A stretch of DNA of 64,000 nucleotides from Candidatus Thorarchaeota archaeon (GCA_016933575.1 JAFGAR010000081.1:128001-192000); one strand, 5' to 3'; counted from the first letter of the stretch, positions 8,988-19,127 are shown. The notes: generated from the sequence alone by a model not told the origin. A program made the numbers and translations.

Positions 8988-9770
8988 TCAATAGTAGCTG
9001 AGTTCAGCATTCGAAACATCATATCTAGTAACATGAAACGCAGTAATTGAATACTCTGTTGAAAGCTTAGCCATTGCAAGAGTAATCAACGACGGACCCA
9101 GAGTCAGGTCCATGACCATATCGTGGATGAATATGTTATCAATGATTGCTGCCTCCATAAAATCAACAGTCTGCTGTAAGTGACCGTATTCAGTTGCATC
9201 GTCTGTTCCTGTTACTTCATCAGGCACCTCAATCCACTCAGTAGTCCATCGTCTGAATGCATCATCGGGTATGAACCTATCAACAATTCTCGAAACACCT
9301 CTTGTCCAATGCCTTGCTTCTACAAAGACAAGCAATTTTCTTGGATTGAAATGAGGATTATTCGTCAACCACTGTACAAAGGGTCTTTGATCCTCAGGAC
9401 GGCTCAAAGAAGTAACATACAAAAGGGGTTTTGTTATCCCCAGAGCTCTACGCACCGGATGAATTGCTTTCGGTTCTAATTCAAATAGGCGGTATTGCGA
9501 TTGCTTCCAACTTACAATGATTCCAAGCTCCTCGAGTCTTGTAGTATTGTGATAGAGCTTGGGACTGGTAACCTCGACTTTCTCAATCTCTTTCTTACTT
9601 GCTCCTTCCACCATCTTCTGAGCCTTTATATCAGTGGCAATCTTCTCTCGCAGCTCTGCTCCCGTCTTCAATCCGCCTTCAAGTTGATCCAAGATAATCC
9701 TTCTCGCTCTTACTGTCTCTATCTCTTCCTTGACGAGTTCTTCAACAGTCTTGTTGAGCATTATAACCAT
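8988..9770 (-). CDS. winged-helix transcription regulator with C-terminal CARF-like Rossmann domain
   Basis: N-terminal wHTH (RRIILDQL..GLKTGAEL..KLYHNTTRLEELGII); C-terminal LLYVTSLS, NPRKLLVF and MVMDLTLGPSLITLAM resembling CARF motifs; start may be 9761. Confidence 0.65.
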   Translation of the reverse strand: MVIMLNKTVEELVKEEIETVRARRIILDQLEGGLKTGAELREKIATDIKAQKMVEGASKKEIEKVEVTSPKLYHNTTRLEELGIIVSWKQSQYRLFELEPKAIHPVRRALGITKPLLYVTSLSRPEDQRPFVQWLTNNPHFNPRKLLVFVEARHWTRGVSRIVDRFIPDDAFRRWTTEWIEVPDEVTGTDDATEYGHLQQTVDFMEAAIIDNIFIHDMVMDLTLGPSLITLAMAKLSTEYSITAFHVTRYDVSNAELSYY

Positions 9771-9924
9771 TCATCCGCGGATATATTAGCTAGTAATTAC
9801 AAGTACTAACCTTTTATACTTATCTAATATAATGTCGAATTAGAGCCTAAAAATGGTCCAAAAAGACGATACAATATACATTCCTAAGATACTTTTCGAA
9901 ATAATCGACACCCGTCCGACGAAC

Positions 9925-9933
9925 CCTTAAATA
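9925..9933 (+). promoter_or_regulatory. candidate TATA box of the actin gene
   Basis: CCTTAAATA about 105 nt upstream of the actin ATG; position only. Confidence 0.4.
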
Positions 9934-10038
9934 GAATTTGGCAGAAGCCTGTACTAGCAAGGAGCTTCAAAGCTCTGAACTGACGAATCTGAATTTCTGG
10001 ATTTGTCCAAAACTAAATTAAAAAACGAGGACCGAAAA

Positions 10039-11178
10039 ATGGCTGAAGACGAGTTTCTTGGCGCAAAGCCGATTGTCATTGACAACGGCACAGGTTTGAG
10101 CAAGAACGGATACGCCGGCGAAGATCAGCCACGAAGTGTCTGGCCTACCTTGATTGGCTACCCACGATACGAGTCAATCATGACTGATGTTGATCACTAC
10201 ACACGTGACTACTACATTGGTGAAGAGGCTATCAATCTACGTGGTGTCCTACGCCTGGTTTACCCGATCTCTCATGGAATCGTAGAAGACTGGGATGCAA
10301 TCGAGAAGATTTGGAGTTACACCTTCTATAACGACTTGAAGGTAGATCCCAGCGAGAACCCGGTGCTCCTCACTGAAGCACCATTCAACCCCAGAGAGAA
10401 CAGAGAACGCATGGCCTCCGTAATGTTTGACAACTTCGGAGTACCTGCAGTATACGTTGCCACACAGGCAGTACTGTCACTGTACGCATCTGGTCGAACA
10501 ACCGGTCTGGTCATCGACTCTGGTGACGGTGTGACCCACATAGTACCAATCTATGAGGGCTTCTCAATCAATCACGCTATCCGCAGAATTGACTTGGCTG
10601 GAAGAGACATCACTGAATACCTCCGCAGACTACTCAGGCAGAGAGGATACTCCTTCGTGAGTGGTGCAGAGAAAGAGATTGTCAGAGACATCAAAGAGAA
10701 GCTCTGTTATGTAGCTCTCGATCCCGAGAGGGAGCGAACAGTCGCTGACAAGGCTGGTGTCGACAAGCCCTACATGCTCCCTGATGGTGAAGTCATCACT
10801 GTCGGTGCAGAGCGATTCCAGGGTCCAGAGTTGTTCTTCAACCCAAGTGCAATTGGTCTTGACACAATGCCTCTCGATGAGCACATTGTCGAGTCAATCA
10901 AGGCTTGTGATGTCGACTTGCGACGTGACCTATACGCCAACATCGTATTGTCCGGTGGCTCAACCATGTTCCCAGGACTCAAGGAGAGACTCCACAAGGA
11001 GATCACCGAACTAGTCCCAGAGAACATCGAAGTCCGAATCATTGCTCCTCCAGAGAGACAGTACTCTGTCTGGATTGGTGGTAGCATTCTTGGCTCACTC
11101 AAGACATTCCAGAAGATGTGGGTGTCAAAGAAGGAGTTCGAAGAAGTCGGACCCGAAGTGATACACCGCTGTATCTAG
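10039..11178 (+). CDS. Asgard actin
   Basis: [76 protein letters not shown]; ATG 10039 follows GAGG RBS; strong C-ending codon bias. Confidence 0.98.
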   Translation: MAEDEFLGAKPIVIDNGTGLSKNGYAGEDQPRSVWPTLIGYPRYESIMTDVDHYTRDYYIGEEAINLRGVLRLVYPISHGIVEDWDAIEKIWSYTFYNDLKVDPSENPVLLTEAPFNPRENRERMASVMFDNFGVPAVYVATQAVLSLYASGRTTGLVIDSGDGVTHIVPIYEGFSINHAIRRIDLAGRDITEYLRRLLRQRGYSFVSGAEKEIVRDIKEKLCYVALDPERERTVADKAGVDKPYMLPDGEVITVGAERFQGPELFFNPSAIGLDTMPLDEHIVESIKACDVDLRRDLYANIVLSGGSTMFPGLKERLHKEITELVPENIEVRIIAPPERQYSVWIGGSILGSLKTFQKMWVSKKEFEEVGPEVIHRCI

Positions 11179-11194
11179 TACATACACAGTTTAA

Positions 11195-11234
11195 CGAAGG
11201 TGGGCTTCGTGCCCCCTTCGCTCTCTTGTTTTTG
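11195..11234 (+). terminator. hairpin plus pyrimidine/T tract after actin
   Basis: CGAAGG-T-GGGC-TTCGT-GCCC-CCTTCG followed by CTCTCTTGTTTTTG. Confidence 0.7.
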
Positions 11235-11239
11235 ACAAT

Positions 11240-11767
11240 TTATCCCACAAGAAAATCATCCGTGGATTCGCTCTCATTATTTTCATCTGCCCATAATTCA
11301 AGAGGTTTGGGAGGTTTCACCACTTTCAAAATGATAACTCCACCAATGAGCAACAGTGGTATTGGAACATCAGCTATCTGGATCATACCATATAACAAAC
11401 CATTGAATAAGTGGTACATCATAATACTGAATTGCCAAAGTTCACTTATCACTCCGATATACAGAGCACGACGTATTGTTGATTTTCTAGTATAACATCT
11501 ATACATTTCAAAGACAAACCAAAAACGTAGTAGCGTATTGATTGGATAACTCAGCAACAGAAAAGGTGCGAAGATGAAGTATGGCATCACGTTGGAATAA
11601 TGTACCCACGTCAGAGAAGACATCCATATCACAAAGATACCATCAGAGGGCTCGAAATATCGAGTAAACGTATACGGAGTAAAGAGTGCAACAACCGCCA
11701 TTATGATTGCAATAATCTTTGCTCTAGTGCCTAGATTTAGACGGAAACACTCTCTATCTTCTCCCAT
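11240..11767 (-). CDS. hypothetical multi-pass membrane protein
   Basis: Several hydrophobic segments, acidic tail. Confidence 0.7.
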   Translation of the reverse strand: MGEDRECFRLNLGTRAKIIAIIMAVVALFTPYTFTRYFEPSDGIFVIWMSSLTWVHYSNVMPYFIFAPFLLLSYPINTLLRFWFVFEMYRCYTRKSTIRRALYIGVISELWQFSIMMYHLFNGLLYGMIQIADVPIPLLLIGGVIILKVVKPPKPLELWADENNESESTDDFLVG

Positions 11768-12011
11768 TTTCCTAACCTGTTTCTAATCAACATATACTTC
11801 AGATAAATCCATTCTTTTTTCTTCTCATTCCTGTCTTTTCCTAAATCTTCTCTTTGCATTTATGTGAACTGCTATAATCTAATTCTATTGATTAAAGAGA
11901 ACTAGAATGGACGTTGTTAGTATAAAACTGGAAATAAGAAAATTCCACGAGACAAATTCTAATGCACGTACCTAGTTAATCTACGAATAAAGCATATGAC
12001 AGTCGCATTTT

Positions 12012-12488
12012 TCATGTCTTGCCCCAGCCAGGTAATTGGCTAGCTTGCTTAATCCAACTAACGAGTTGAGCTTCGTTAATCTCATCATTCTCGTAGATGT
12101 TGAGGTAGCGCACATTCTTGTCCTTAGACTCACCTGGCGGGAGAGGACTTAATGACACGCCGTTGAAGAAAGCAACTTTGATGTACTTTGTGAAACAATG
12201 GTAGTTGAGGAACCAGCCCTGGCCTTCCATACCATAAAACGGTGAATTCCACCTGACTGCTTTACGAACGTTGGGGACTGTACGTGTGATGAGTGCATCA
12301 AGGCGTCGTCCTACATCGCGTTTCCAGCCAGGTATAGCTTCTATATAGGCCTGTACAGGCGCGTCTCCATCGCCCTTCGCAATTTGGGGATTACCACCTG
12401 CGAGGAGAGCTGGTTTTGTGATGATGCCCTTTTTTTGAACTTTCTTTGCGACCTTAACTGATTTATCGGACATTTTGTTTGTCATCAT
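12012..12488 (-). CDS. DUF1801 (YdhG-like) protein
   Basis: GGNPQIAKGDGDAPVQAYI, VRKAVRWNSPFYG, WIKQASQLPGW. Confidence 0.85.
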   Translation of the reverse strand: MMTNKMSDKSVKVAKKVQKKGIITKPALLAGGNPQIAKGDGDAPVQAYIEAIPGWKRDVGRRLDALITRTVPNVRKAVRWNSPFYGMEGQGWFLNYHCFTKYIKVAFFNGVSLSPLPPGESKDKNVRYLNIYENDEINEAQLVSWIKQASQLPGWGKT

Positions 12489-13014
12489 GCTAGCTCCAAA
12501 TGACCATCTTGTTATTAAATATAGTTAATTCTAGAGTATTTTAAGAATCTGCTATAGGCAGAAATCCATACCTGAAACAATACCAATCTGGAATTAGGCA
12601 AACAAATTACTCTTCAAACATCACTATCTATCCATCTTCTTAAGCATCAATTTCAGATATTTCGCATTACTATTGATCTCTCTTATTCACCTCTTGAGAT
12701 TTTGATTTTAAACTATGTGAGAATCCATCAGGATTGCTCGTTAAATATTATAATCCAGATATTTTATCTTTTTTAATGGAAGATGAATTTGATAGAAACT
12801 CTCCCCTGGATGGAGTTCTTGCCGCTAGTCATAGACGAGGAGAGGATGCCAAGTCCCTGAGAATTGTTCACATTCAAGACTCATATTTCAATAATTAGAC
12901 AGATTGCTTTCTTAGTGAGATGTAAGATTGTTCGTCGCTTCCTAGACTCCCATTATTACTTTGACGAATGTCTTCTCTCTTGACATTCTAGCAATCATTG
13001 GAACCCACGTTGTC

Positions 13015-14568
13015 CTAAGGCTGGCGACGTCGATATACTAGGATTAAGACGATGACCACTCCTGCCACTACGACTCCTCCTATCACAAGCGATTCCAGTG
13101 GAAAAGATGCTGTGGTTTGAGTAGTCGTTGTTGTTGCTCCAACAGTTGTGAAGACAAAACGGTCGTGGCTCCAGACCTCATCTGAATTCATTGCGTAAAC
13201 ATCAAGTGTATGTAATCCATTGGCATTTGGAAGACCGATTAGTTCTGTTTGATTTGCAACTGAATCCCAGCAATAGTATTTCTCAATTGGAATTTCACTA
13301 AAGTATATCTCTGGTAGTGTGTTAGGTTGTTTTGAGCTTCCATTCCAGATTGCTCGAAGTGCTATCTCAATTGGTCCTGTGTAAGGCAGCTGATAGTTGT
13401 GGCCTATTTCACCACTCAGTTTGACAGAAGATATGTTCACATGGTTGTAACTCGAATCAACTCTAGTGTAATGATAGTATGCACCACCCCATTGAGTATA
13501 AACTAATGGCGCACCTCCACCGCCAGATATGATATGTACGAGGCCATTTACTGTGAGTCTATTGAACAAGTGATCGTGACCACATATGTATGCAGTAACA
13601 TTGTGTTCTTCGAAGAGTTGTTGCAGTCTAATTCTCTCATCTGGTTTACTGTCAATAGAATCGCCTAGATGATTCAATGGGTACATTGGACGATGTCCGA
13701 TTACATATTTCATTGGGCAATCCGTGGATTCGAGGTCGTTGACCAACCAATTGTATTGATCGCCTGTAATCCTTCCTTCTAAATACTGCTGTTCTGTGTC
13801 CAAGAAAATGAAATGAACTCCTGCATAGTCAAATGAGAAATATGTAGATGGCTCGTCATACTGCTCAAATGCGTCAAAGTAATAATCGAGATTAAGTGTT
13901 CCAGTCTTAGCACCAGTATCATGGTTACCGAGAGCACCATAGATTGGTGCATAGTGGCCTATTGAATCAGATATATTAGTGAAAGCCGCCCAACCAGCGA
14001 GATTGTCTTCATGATTCTCATTGACTTCTAGGACATAGTCTCCAGACATCACAACGATATGAGGATCTTCATCTACTATCATCTGGGATAGCTCCTTGAA
14101 TTCCTCTGGTTGTATGTAGCTAACTAAGGTCGGTCGATTGTCACCAATTATGATCATTCTAAACCTAGCCCCATCCGCAGGGGCTGTCCTGAAATGATAA
14201 AGTTGGCTCTCTGTATTATTCGAGGAAACCTTGTAGAAGTACCTAGTGTCAATATCCAATCCAATCAGTGGCACACGATGGTTAATGTCAAGTGTAGTAT
14301 TCTCAATTTTTTCTATAACTGATTCATTCAGACCATACCAAACAGTAGCATTCGTCACTCCCTCAGTTCGCCAGAATATCATCGCCGACTCATTTGTGAC
14401 CATGTTGACAGTAGGTCCTCTAATAAAGAACGATGAGTCTGCTATAATTGCAGAGTCCACCAAAGATGTTATTTGAATGCCTCTGTTGCCCATCAATGTT
14501 AGGGGTATAGGACTGATAAGAATTGCCAATAGCATTAGAGGCAACCAGGTGCGAGACAAAAATATCAC
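13015..14568 (-). CDS. membrane-anchored extracellular metallophosphoesterase (purple acid phosphatase-like, FN3-like N-domain)
   Basis: Signal-like N-terminus; GD, SGDYV, GNHD, GHRP, GHDH motifs; Thr linker and C-terminal TM with RRR. Confidence 0.88.
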   Translation of the reverse strand: MIFLSRTWLPLMLLAILISPIPLTLMGNRGIQITSLVDSAIIADSSFFIRGPTVNMVTNESAMIFWRTEGVTNATVWYGLNESVIEKIENTTLDINHRVPLIGLDIDTRYFYKVSSNNTESQLYHFRTAPADGARFRMIIIGDNRPTLVSYIQPEEFKELSQMIVDEDPHIVVMSGDYVLEVNENHEDNLAGWAAFTNISDSIGHYAPIYGALGNHDTGAKTGTLNLDYYFDAFEQYDEPSTYFSFDYAGVHFIFLDTEQQYLEGRITGDQYNWLVNDLESTDCPMKYVIGHRPMYPLNHLGDSIDSKPDERIRLQQLFEEHNVTAYICGHDHLFNRLTVNGLVHIISGGGGAPLVYTQWGGAYYHYTRVDSSYNHVNISSVKLSGEIGHNYQLPYTGPIEIALRAIWNGSSKQPNTLPEIYFSEIPIEKYYCWDSVANQTELIGLPNANGLHTLDVYAMNSDEVWSHDRFVFTTVGATTTTTQTTASFPLESLVIGGVVVAGVVIVLILVYRRRQP

Positions 14569-14814
14569 CGTATACTATAAGCAAAATGTTTCTAATAAAT
14601 CATAGGCTCAACTGGCTCCTCGAAATGAATATGATATTAATGGAATCTTGCGAATACCGGCTTTTTACATGTAGTTTCAATTACATGTTTTACATTCTCA
14701 CGGACCAGTGAATTATGGCTCTACTTGGTAGAATCAGAAGTACTTACAGAGTTGAAGGTTCGCCTGAACGAGGATTCACGGTTACACTCTGATTTCTTCA
14801 TTATGAAAAAGACG

Positions 14815-15798
14815 TCAGCACGCATTAGTATTCATCTCAGGTGCCCAATAATAGAATTGCTTATAGTATACATCTTCAAATCCAAATTTCCTGTAGAGTT
14901 TCTTTGCTGGAAGATTTGTTATTGACATATCCAGAGTCACATTGGCAAATCCACTATCTTTCAATGCCTTTAGTGCGCTAACAAGTAGATATTGGCCTAG
15001 TCCTTTTCTTCTAGCGTTTGGAACAAGCCCAATCGGTCCAATCTCTGGTTCGTTATCTTTTTCACGTGTTATGACAAAACCAACGACTTTCTCCTGGCTC
15101 ACAAGTACTAGTGATGCATCTTCAATGTGAGGTTTTGATTTGTCAAAGAAATACTGGATTGTTATCTTTTGTTCCTCAAGACTCATAGAGGAAAACAGAC
15201 CGTCTTTGCTATCCTCGAATGCCTGATATCCTGGCGTTTCCAATAATTCATAAGGCATCTCAGAGAATTTCCGGGTCTGATATCCTTGAGGTAGATCTAG
15301 TTGAGGCAGATCAACTGCTGTCAGGTCTGACTCCATATGAACTTCTTCCGCAGCAAATTGAAAACCTGCTGCTCTATACCATTTGACATACTTTTCTGAA
15401 CATGCTCTGTGTGCAGGAGTTGGTAGTTTAAATTCGACTTCAAGTCGAGTATGCCCAATTTCCGTTATACTCTTTTTTGCTATTTCAATGAGTGATAATG
15501 CAATCTCTTTGGGATTACGTGATTTGTCTATGATTGGCAGAAATCCTTCAATGAAAGCCATCAGGGGGAATGCAATATAATAGTAAATGCATCCCACTAT
15601 GTTTCCGTTTTCCCCTATTCCAGTTAGTATCTGATATTCATCGTTCATAGATATCTTCTCAAAGAAATCTACAACGGATTCCATATCTCTATTGGACTCC
15701 AGTGGCGTTTTCTCTCTTGCCGTTACGAAAATCCTTGCGAGTGAATGACAATCTTCCTTACTTAGTTTCCTTGATTCTATTTTAAACATCACAATCAC
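14815..15798 (-). CDS. tandem GNAT N-acetyltransferase
   Basis: IGLVPNARRKGLG, NLPAKKLYRKFGF; degenerate first GNAT domain. Confidence 0.85.
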   Translation of the reverse strand: MIVMFKIESRKLSKEDCHSLARIFVTAREKTPLESNRDMESVVDFFEKISMNDEYQILTGIGENGNIVGCIYYYIAFPLMAFIEGFLPIIDKSRNPKEIALSLIEIAKKSITEIGHTRLEVEFKLPTPAHRACSEKYVKWYRAAGFQFAAEEVHMESDLTAVDLPQLDLPQGYQTRKFSEMPYELLETPGYQAFEDSKDGLFSSMSLEEQKITIQYFFDKSKPHIEDASLVLVSQEKVVGFVITREKDNEPEIGPIGLVPNARRKGLGQYLLVSALKALKDSGFANVTLDMSITNLPAKKLYRKFGFEDVYYKQFYYWAPEMNTNAC

Positions 15799-16078
15799 GA
15801 TCCATAGTGAGTGACTCTTTTTGATTCTTTAACTGCTTTGCATAATCATTCTGGGTTGAATCATTAGTACTTCGACCCACGTAAGAAGTTGACCATTCAT
15901 GTCGATAATCAATACAATGGCATTGTTGCTTCCTTACATACTATTGTATTCAAGGACTATGTTCTACACTTTATTATGATACTGTAATCTGGTCAATATA
16001 TTGAACGATTCCTAGGTGTCTTTCCAACGATGATGGTTATTACCACGAAAAAGATACGTTATTTCATTACCAGATAGA

Positions 16079-17380
16079 TTGCTCTATAAGTCAGAATTCT
16101 CTCGAATTATTGCTGATGTAGATTTGGCTGTGACTTCTTGGATTCCTCTGATTGCATTGATTATTGTCTTCATTCTGATTATCCTAAGAAAGGTCGGAAG
16201 CTTCAAGGTCAAGATCTGGCAGGCTATGGCCCTTGGTGCACTATTGGTTTTATTGACAGGTCAAATCTCACCTGTTGATGCACTCTACTCAGTCAATATT
16301 GATGTCATGCTCTTTCTCTTTGGCATGTTTGTCGTGGGAGAATCAATGCAGAGGAGTGGGTATCTCAATAGTTTATCCTACAGACTGTTTCGAAGAGCGA
16401 AGAGTGTAAATCATCTCATACTCCTTATCCTTTTTCCAATTGGTCTTCTCTCAGCAATTCTCATGAATGATACCTTGGCGATAATTGGTACTCCTGTAGT
16501 TCTTTCCATATCAAGGAAACAGAACATCTCATCCAAATTGCTACTAATGACTCTGGCTATTGCTGTTACAACGGGAAGTGTTTTGAGTCCAATAGGGAAC
16601 CCACAGAATCTTCTCATAGCAAATTCTGAGCCACTGACCAATCCATTCATCTCGTTTCTTCAGTACCTTCTTATTCCTTCTTTGATTTGCTTGGCTCTTG
16701 CATTCATTGTGTTGAAGATATTTTTCAGGAAAGAATTCTATAAACAGATTGAACCAAACAACAACGATGAATCAAATTCGGATCATCAGCTGATTATACT
16801 ATCAAAGACTGCTCTGGCAATACTTGTAATTCTAATTCTGGTAAAAATCAATCTGGCACTATTTTGGCCGGTATTAGAATTGCAGCTTGCTCTCATTGCA
16901 ATCATCGCTGCAGTACCGATTATTGTAATCAGTCGACAGAGAATCCAAATTCTCAAGAATATCGATTGGTCAACCTTGCTGTTCTTCGTATCGATGTTTA
17001 TTCTTATGTCAAGTGTCTGGCAGAGTGGCGTTTTTCAAGAGCTGATTGTCAATCTCACATTAGATGTTACATCGATTCCCGTAATCCTTGTACTTGGTAC
17101 CCTTCTAAGTCAATTGATATCCAATGTTCCGCTTGTTGCACTGTATCTACCCCTGCTGACCGTTTCAGGCGCATCAATTCCACAATTAATGGCACTAGCA
17201 GCTGGAAGTACCATAGCTGGTAACATGCTTATCCTTGGAGCAGCTAGCAATGTAATAATAATTCAAAATGCTGAGAAGCAAGGAGCCACCCTCACATTCT
17301 TCGAATTTGCTAAGGTTGGAATACCCCTTATCATTCTACAGATGATGGTATACCTTCTCTTTTTAGGATTCATGTTCTAA
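16079..17380 (+). CDS. ArsB/SLC13-type anion permease
   Basis: LMNDT, SPIGNPQN, SQLISNVP, GSTIAGN..ILGAASNVII; many TMs; start may be GTG 16130. Confidence 0.9.
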   Translation: MLYKSEFSRIIADVDLAVTSWIPLIALIIVFILIILRKVGSFKVKIWQAMALGALLVLLTGQISPVDALYSVNIDVMLFLFGMFVVGESMQRSGYLNSLSYRLFRRAKSVNHLILLILFPIGLLSAILMNDTLAIIGTPVVLSISRKQNISSKLLLMTLAIAVTTGSVLSPIGNPQNLLIANSEPLTNPFISFLQYLLIPSLICLALAFIVLKIFFRKEFYKQIEPNNNDESNSDHQLIILSKTALAILVILILVKINLALFWPVLELQLALIAIIAAVPIIVISRQRIQILKNIDWSTLLFFVSMFILMSSVWQSGVFQELIVNLTLDVTSIPVILVLGTLLSQLISNVPLVALYLPLLTVSGASIPQLMALAAGSTIAGNMLILGAASNVIIIQNAEKQGATLTFFEFAKVGIPLIILQMMVYLLFLGFMF

Positions 17381-17395
17381 ATCTGCTTTTTCTAT

Positions 17396-18469
17396 CTAAG
17401 TTGTCCAGAACACCCATCCGTCATCCATCATTTCGCCCACTAATCTTCCCTTTTTCTCCCATCGTTTTACTGTCGTATAGATCATCTTATCCCTTCCTTT
17501 AGCTCTAGGGTCTTTTTCAATAAGTGTTCTCATGATTTCATCCATTGATCGTTTTTCTGGTAGTTTGAAATAGCCATTCAGTATGAGACCGGAAAGGGAC
17601 TTGGACGCTGACCAAGGATCTGGTTTCTCTGCTACATCAACCTCTAGCTTGTCTCTTGCTTCTTTGAACCTCTTTTCTAGTGTATCCAGAGAAACACCGA
17701 CTACATCAATCCTATCCAGATCGCCTATTCCAAGTTTCTTCTCTACAAAGGCCTGAATCAACTCGTTCTTCTGGAGTTTAATACCAGCGAGATGCAATCC
17801 TAACGCTTCGACTGCTACTGCATCACGTCCAACAAACAGGAAATCTGTCCTTATTTTGGCACTCTTGCCCTTAAAGAACTGAGAGAAGTATGTGGCATCA
17901 AGTACTGCGAGATCAATACCGCCTACTGTTTCATAGAGCGTTGTCAAGAGATTGAAGAAGATCTCGGCCTTATGGTATTGAACTTTCTTTCTCGTAGGTG
18001 GTAGACCAAAGAGATTCTTGAGAATGCTTCCCCTTGTGTATGACCTCATGACATGCGTGTCCACAAACACACGCGGCTTTAAGACCAATTTGGCAAGATC
18101 TATGGTGACCTTCCTAATTGGATTAGGCACTTCAACAGGAACCGTTTCAATCTCATCTGAGAGATTTACTGGGATGACAGAATCCGAGAATAATTTCTCC
18201 CATACCTTCAGTCGATCCGTTCCTGTTCCTTGATAGTTATCAGTTTCAACAAGGTATTTCTTCGGAGTATGCTTGAAGGCTTTAATGATTCCGTCAACCG
18301 TTTCAACTGTTGAGTACCAACCACTCTCAGGATAGAATACACCTACCTTGATAGCGACATCCCGGTTCGGGACATCGATATCATCTATCCCTCCTATCAG
18401 ATCGCAAGCTTCTCTTACAGCATTGCGTCTATGTTTACTCAAGTCTATAGCTGCTACGATTGATTTCAT
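17396..18469 (-). CDS. DUF362 family protein with C-terminal winged-helix-like tail
   Basis: DLIGGID, ILKNLFG, LAVLDA, GRDAVAVE; start set at MKSIV after GAGAGG. Confidence 0.7.
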   Translation of the reverse strand: MKSIVAAIDLSKHRRNAVREACDLIGGIDDIDVPNRDVAIKVGVFYPESGWYSTVETVDGIIKAFKHTPKKYLVETDNYQGTGTDRLKVWEKLFSDSVIPVNLSDEIETVPVEVPNPIRKVTIDLAKLVLKPRVFVDTHVMRSYTRGSILKNLFGLPPTRKKVQYHKAEIFFNLLTTLYETVGGIDLAVLDATYFSQFFKGKSAKIRTDFLFVGRDAVAVEALGLHLAGIKLQKNELIQAFVEKKLGIGDLDRIDVVGVSLDTLEKRFKEARDKLEVDVAEKPDPWSASKSLSGLILNGYFKLPEKRSMDEIMRTLIEKDPRAKGRDKMIYTTVKRWEKKGRLVGEMMDDGWVFWTT

Positions 18470-18516
18470 TCTAGCAACGCCTCTCTGAGAACACACCCTA
18501 GTCATGGCTTATTCTT

Positions 18517-18573
18517 AATTCATTCACTCGAAAGCCCCGAGCTAGAGGAATAGAAGCGTGACCTGAATGAATT
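18517..18573. repeat. intergenic inverted repeat / stem-loop
   Basis: AATTCATTCA...TGAATGAATT perfect 10-bp arms enclosing CTCG-AAAGCCC-CGAG. Confidence 0.6.
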
Positions 18574-18685
18574 TGTTCCTACCAGATCTGTTACGCTTTG
18601 TTGCAGAGTCTTTCTATGGTTGATTCAGTTGCCCCTGCAATTCATTATCACGTTTTCTTTCTCCTCTTCCAAGGCAAACGCAAGA

Positions 18686-19012
18686 TCAGTAACAAAGTCC
18701 AGGACCTCCAAGACACAGGAGTATTGCACTAATCAAATTGGAATTATTAGCAGGATTTTCAAGAGGATAAACTGTCAACCATGCTATCAATCCAACTACG
18801 ATTATTGAAACCACGACTGCTATGATAGTGTTGACAACAAAGTCACCGGCAGCCATACAATAATATGAGCAGTAATTCCTTCTGAAAGCTCCACCTACAT
18901 AGGCTCGCTGTTCAAAGGTTGTTAGTTGGCCACACCACGCACATCTCTGTGTAGTGTCACCATATGCTCCTCGTCTTGGATAATGTGGATATTCTGAATG
19001 CCTCTCACTCAC
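18686..19012 (-). CDS. small Zn-finger (CxxC..CxxxC) membrane protein; possibly extends through UGA to 18614
   Basis: CAWCG...YCSYYC then two hydrophobic segments; GGAGG RBS. Confidence 0.65.
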   Translation of the reverse strand: MSERHSEYPHYPRRGAYGDTTQRCAWCGQLTTFEQRAYVGGAFRRNYCSYYCMAAGDFVVNTIIAVVVSIIVVGLIAWLTVYPLENPANNSNLISAILLCLGGPGLCY

Positions 19013-19127
19013 GTTTGGATACTGCCTCCACGATACCTAGTTTCCATGTACCTATTATTTTGAAGGCTCTTAAATCTGCAGAGTGTCACTATCAACTATC
19101 AGTCCAGGATCTCCAATGTTATAGGGA

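Noticed and set aside
10003-10038. N-terminal extension on actin (TTG start in track)
   Set aside because: ATG 10039 has a GAGG RBS and gives the normal acidic actin N-terminus
12489-13014. Long intergenic region as possible ncRNA or pseudogene
   Set aside because: Only short ORFs with no recognisable motif and no convincing structure
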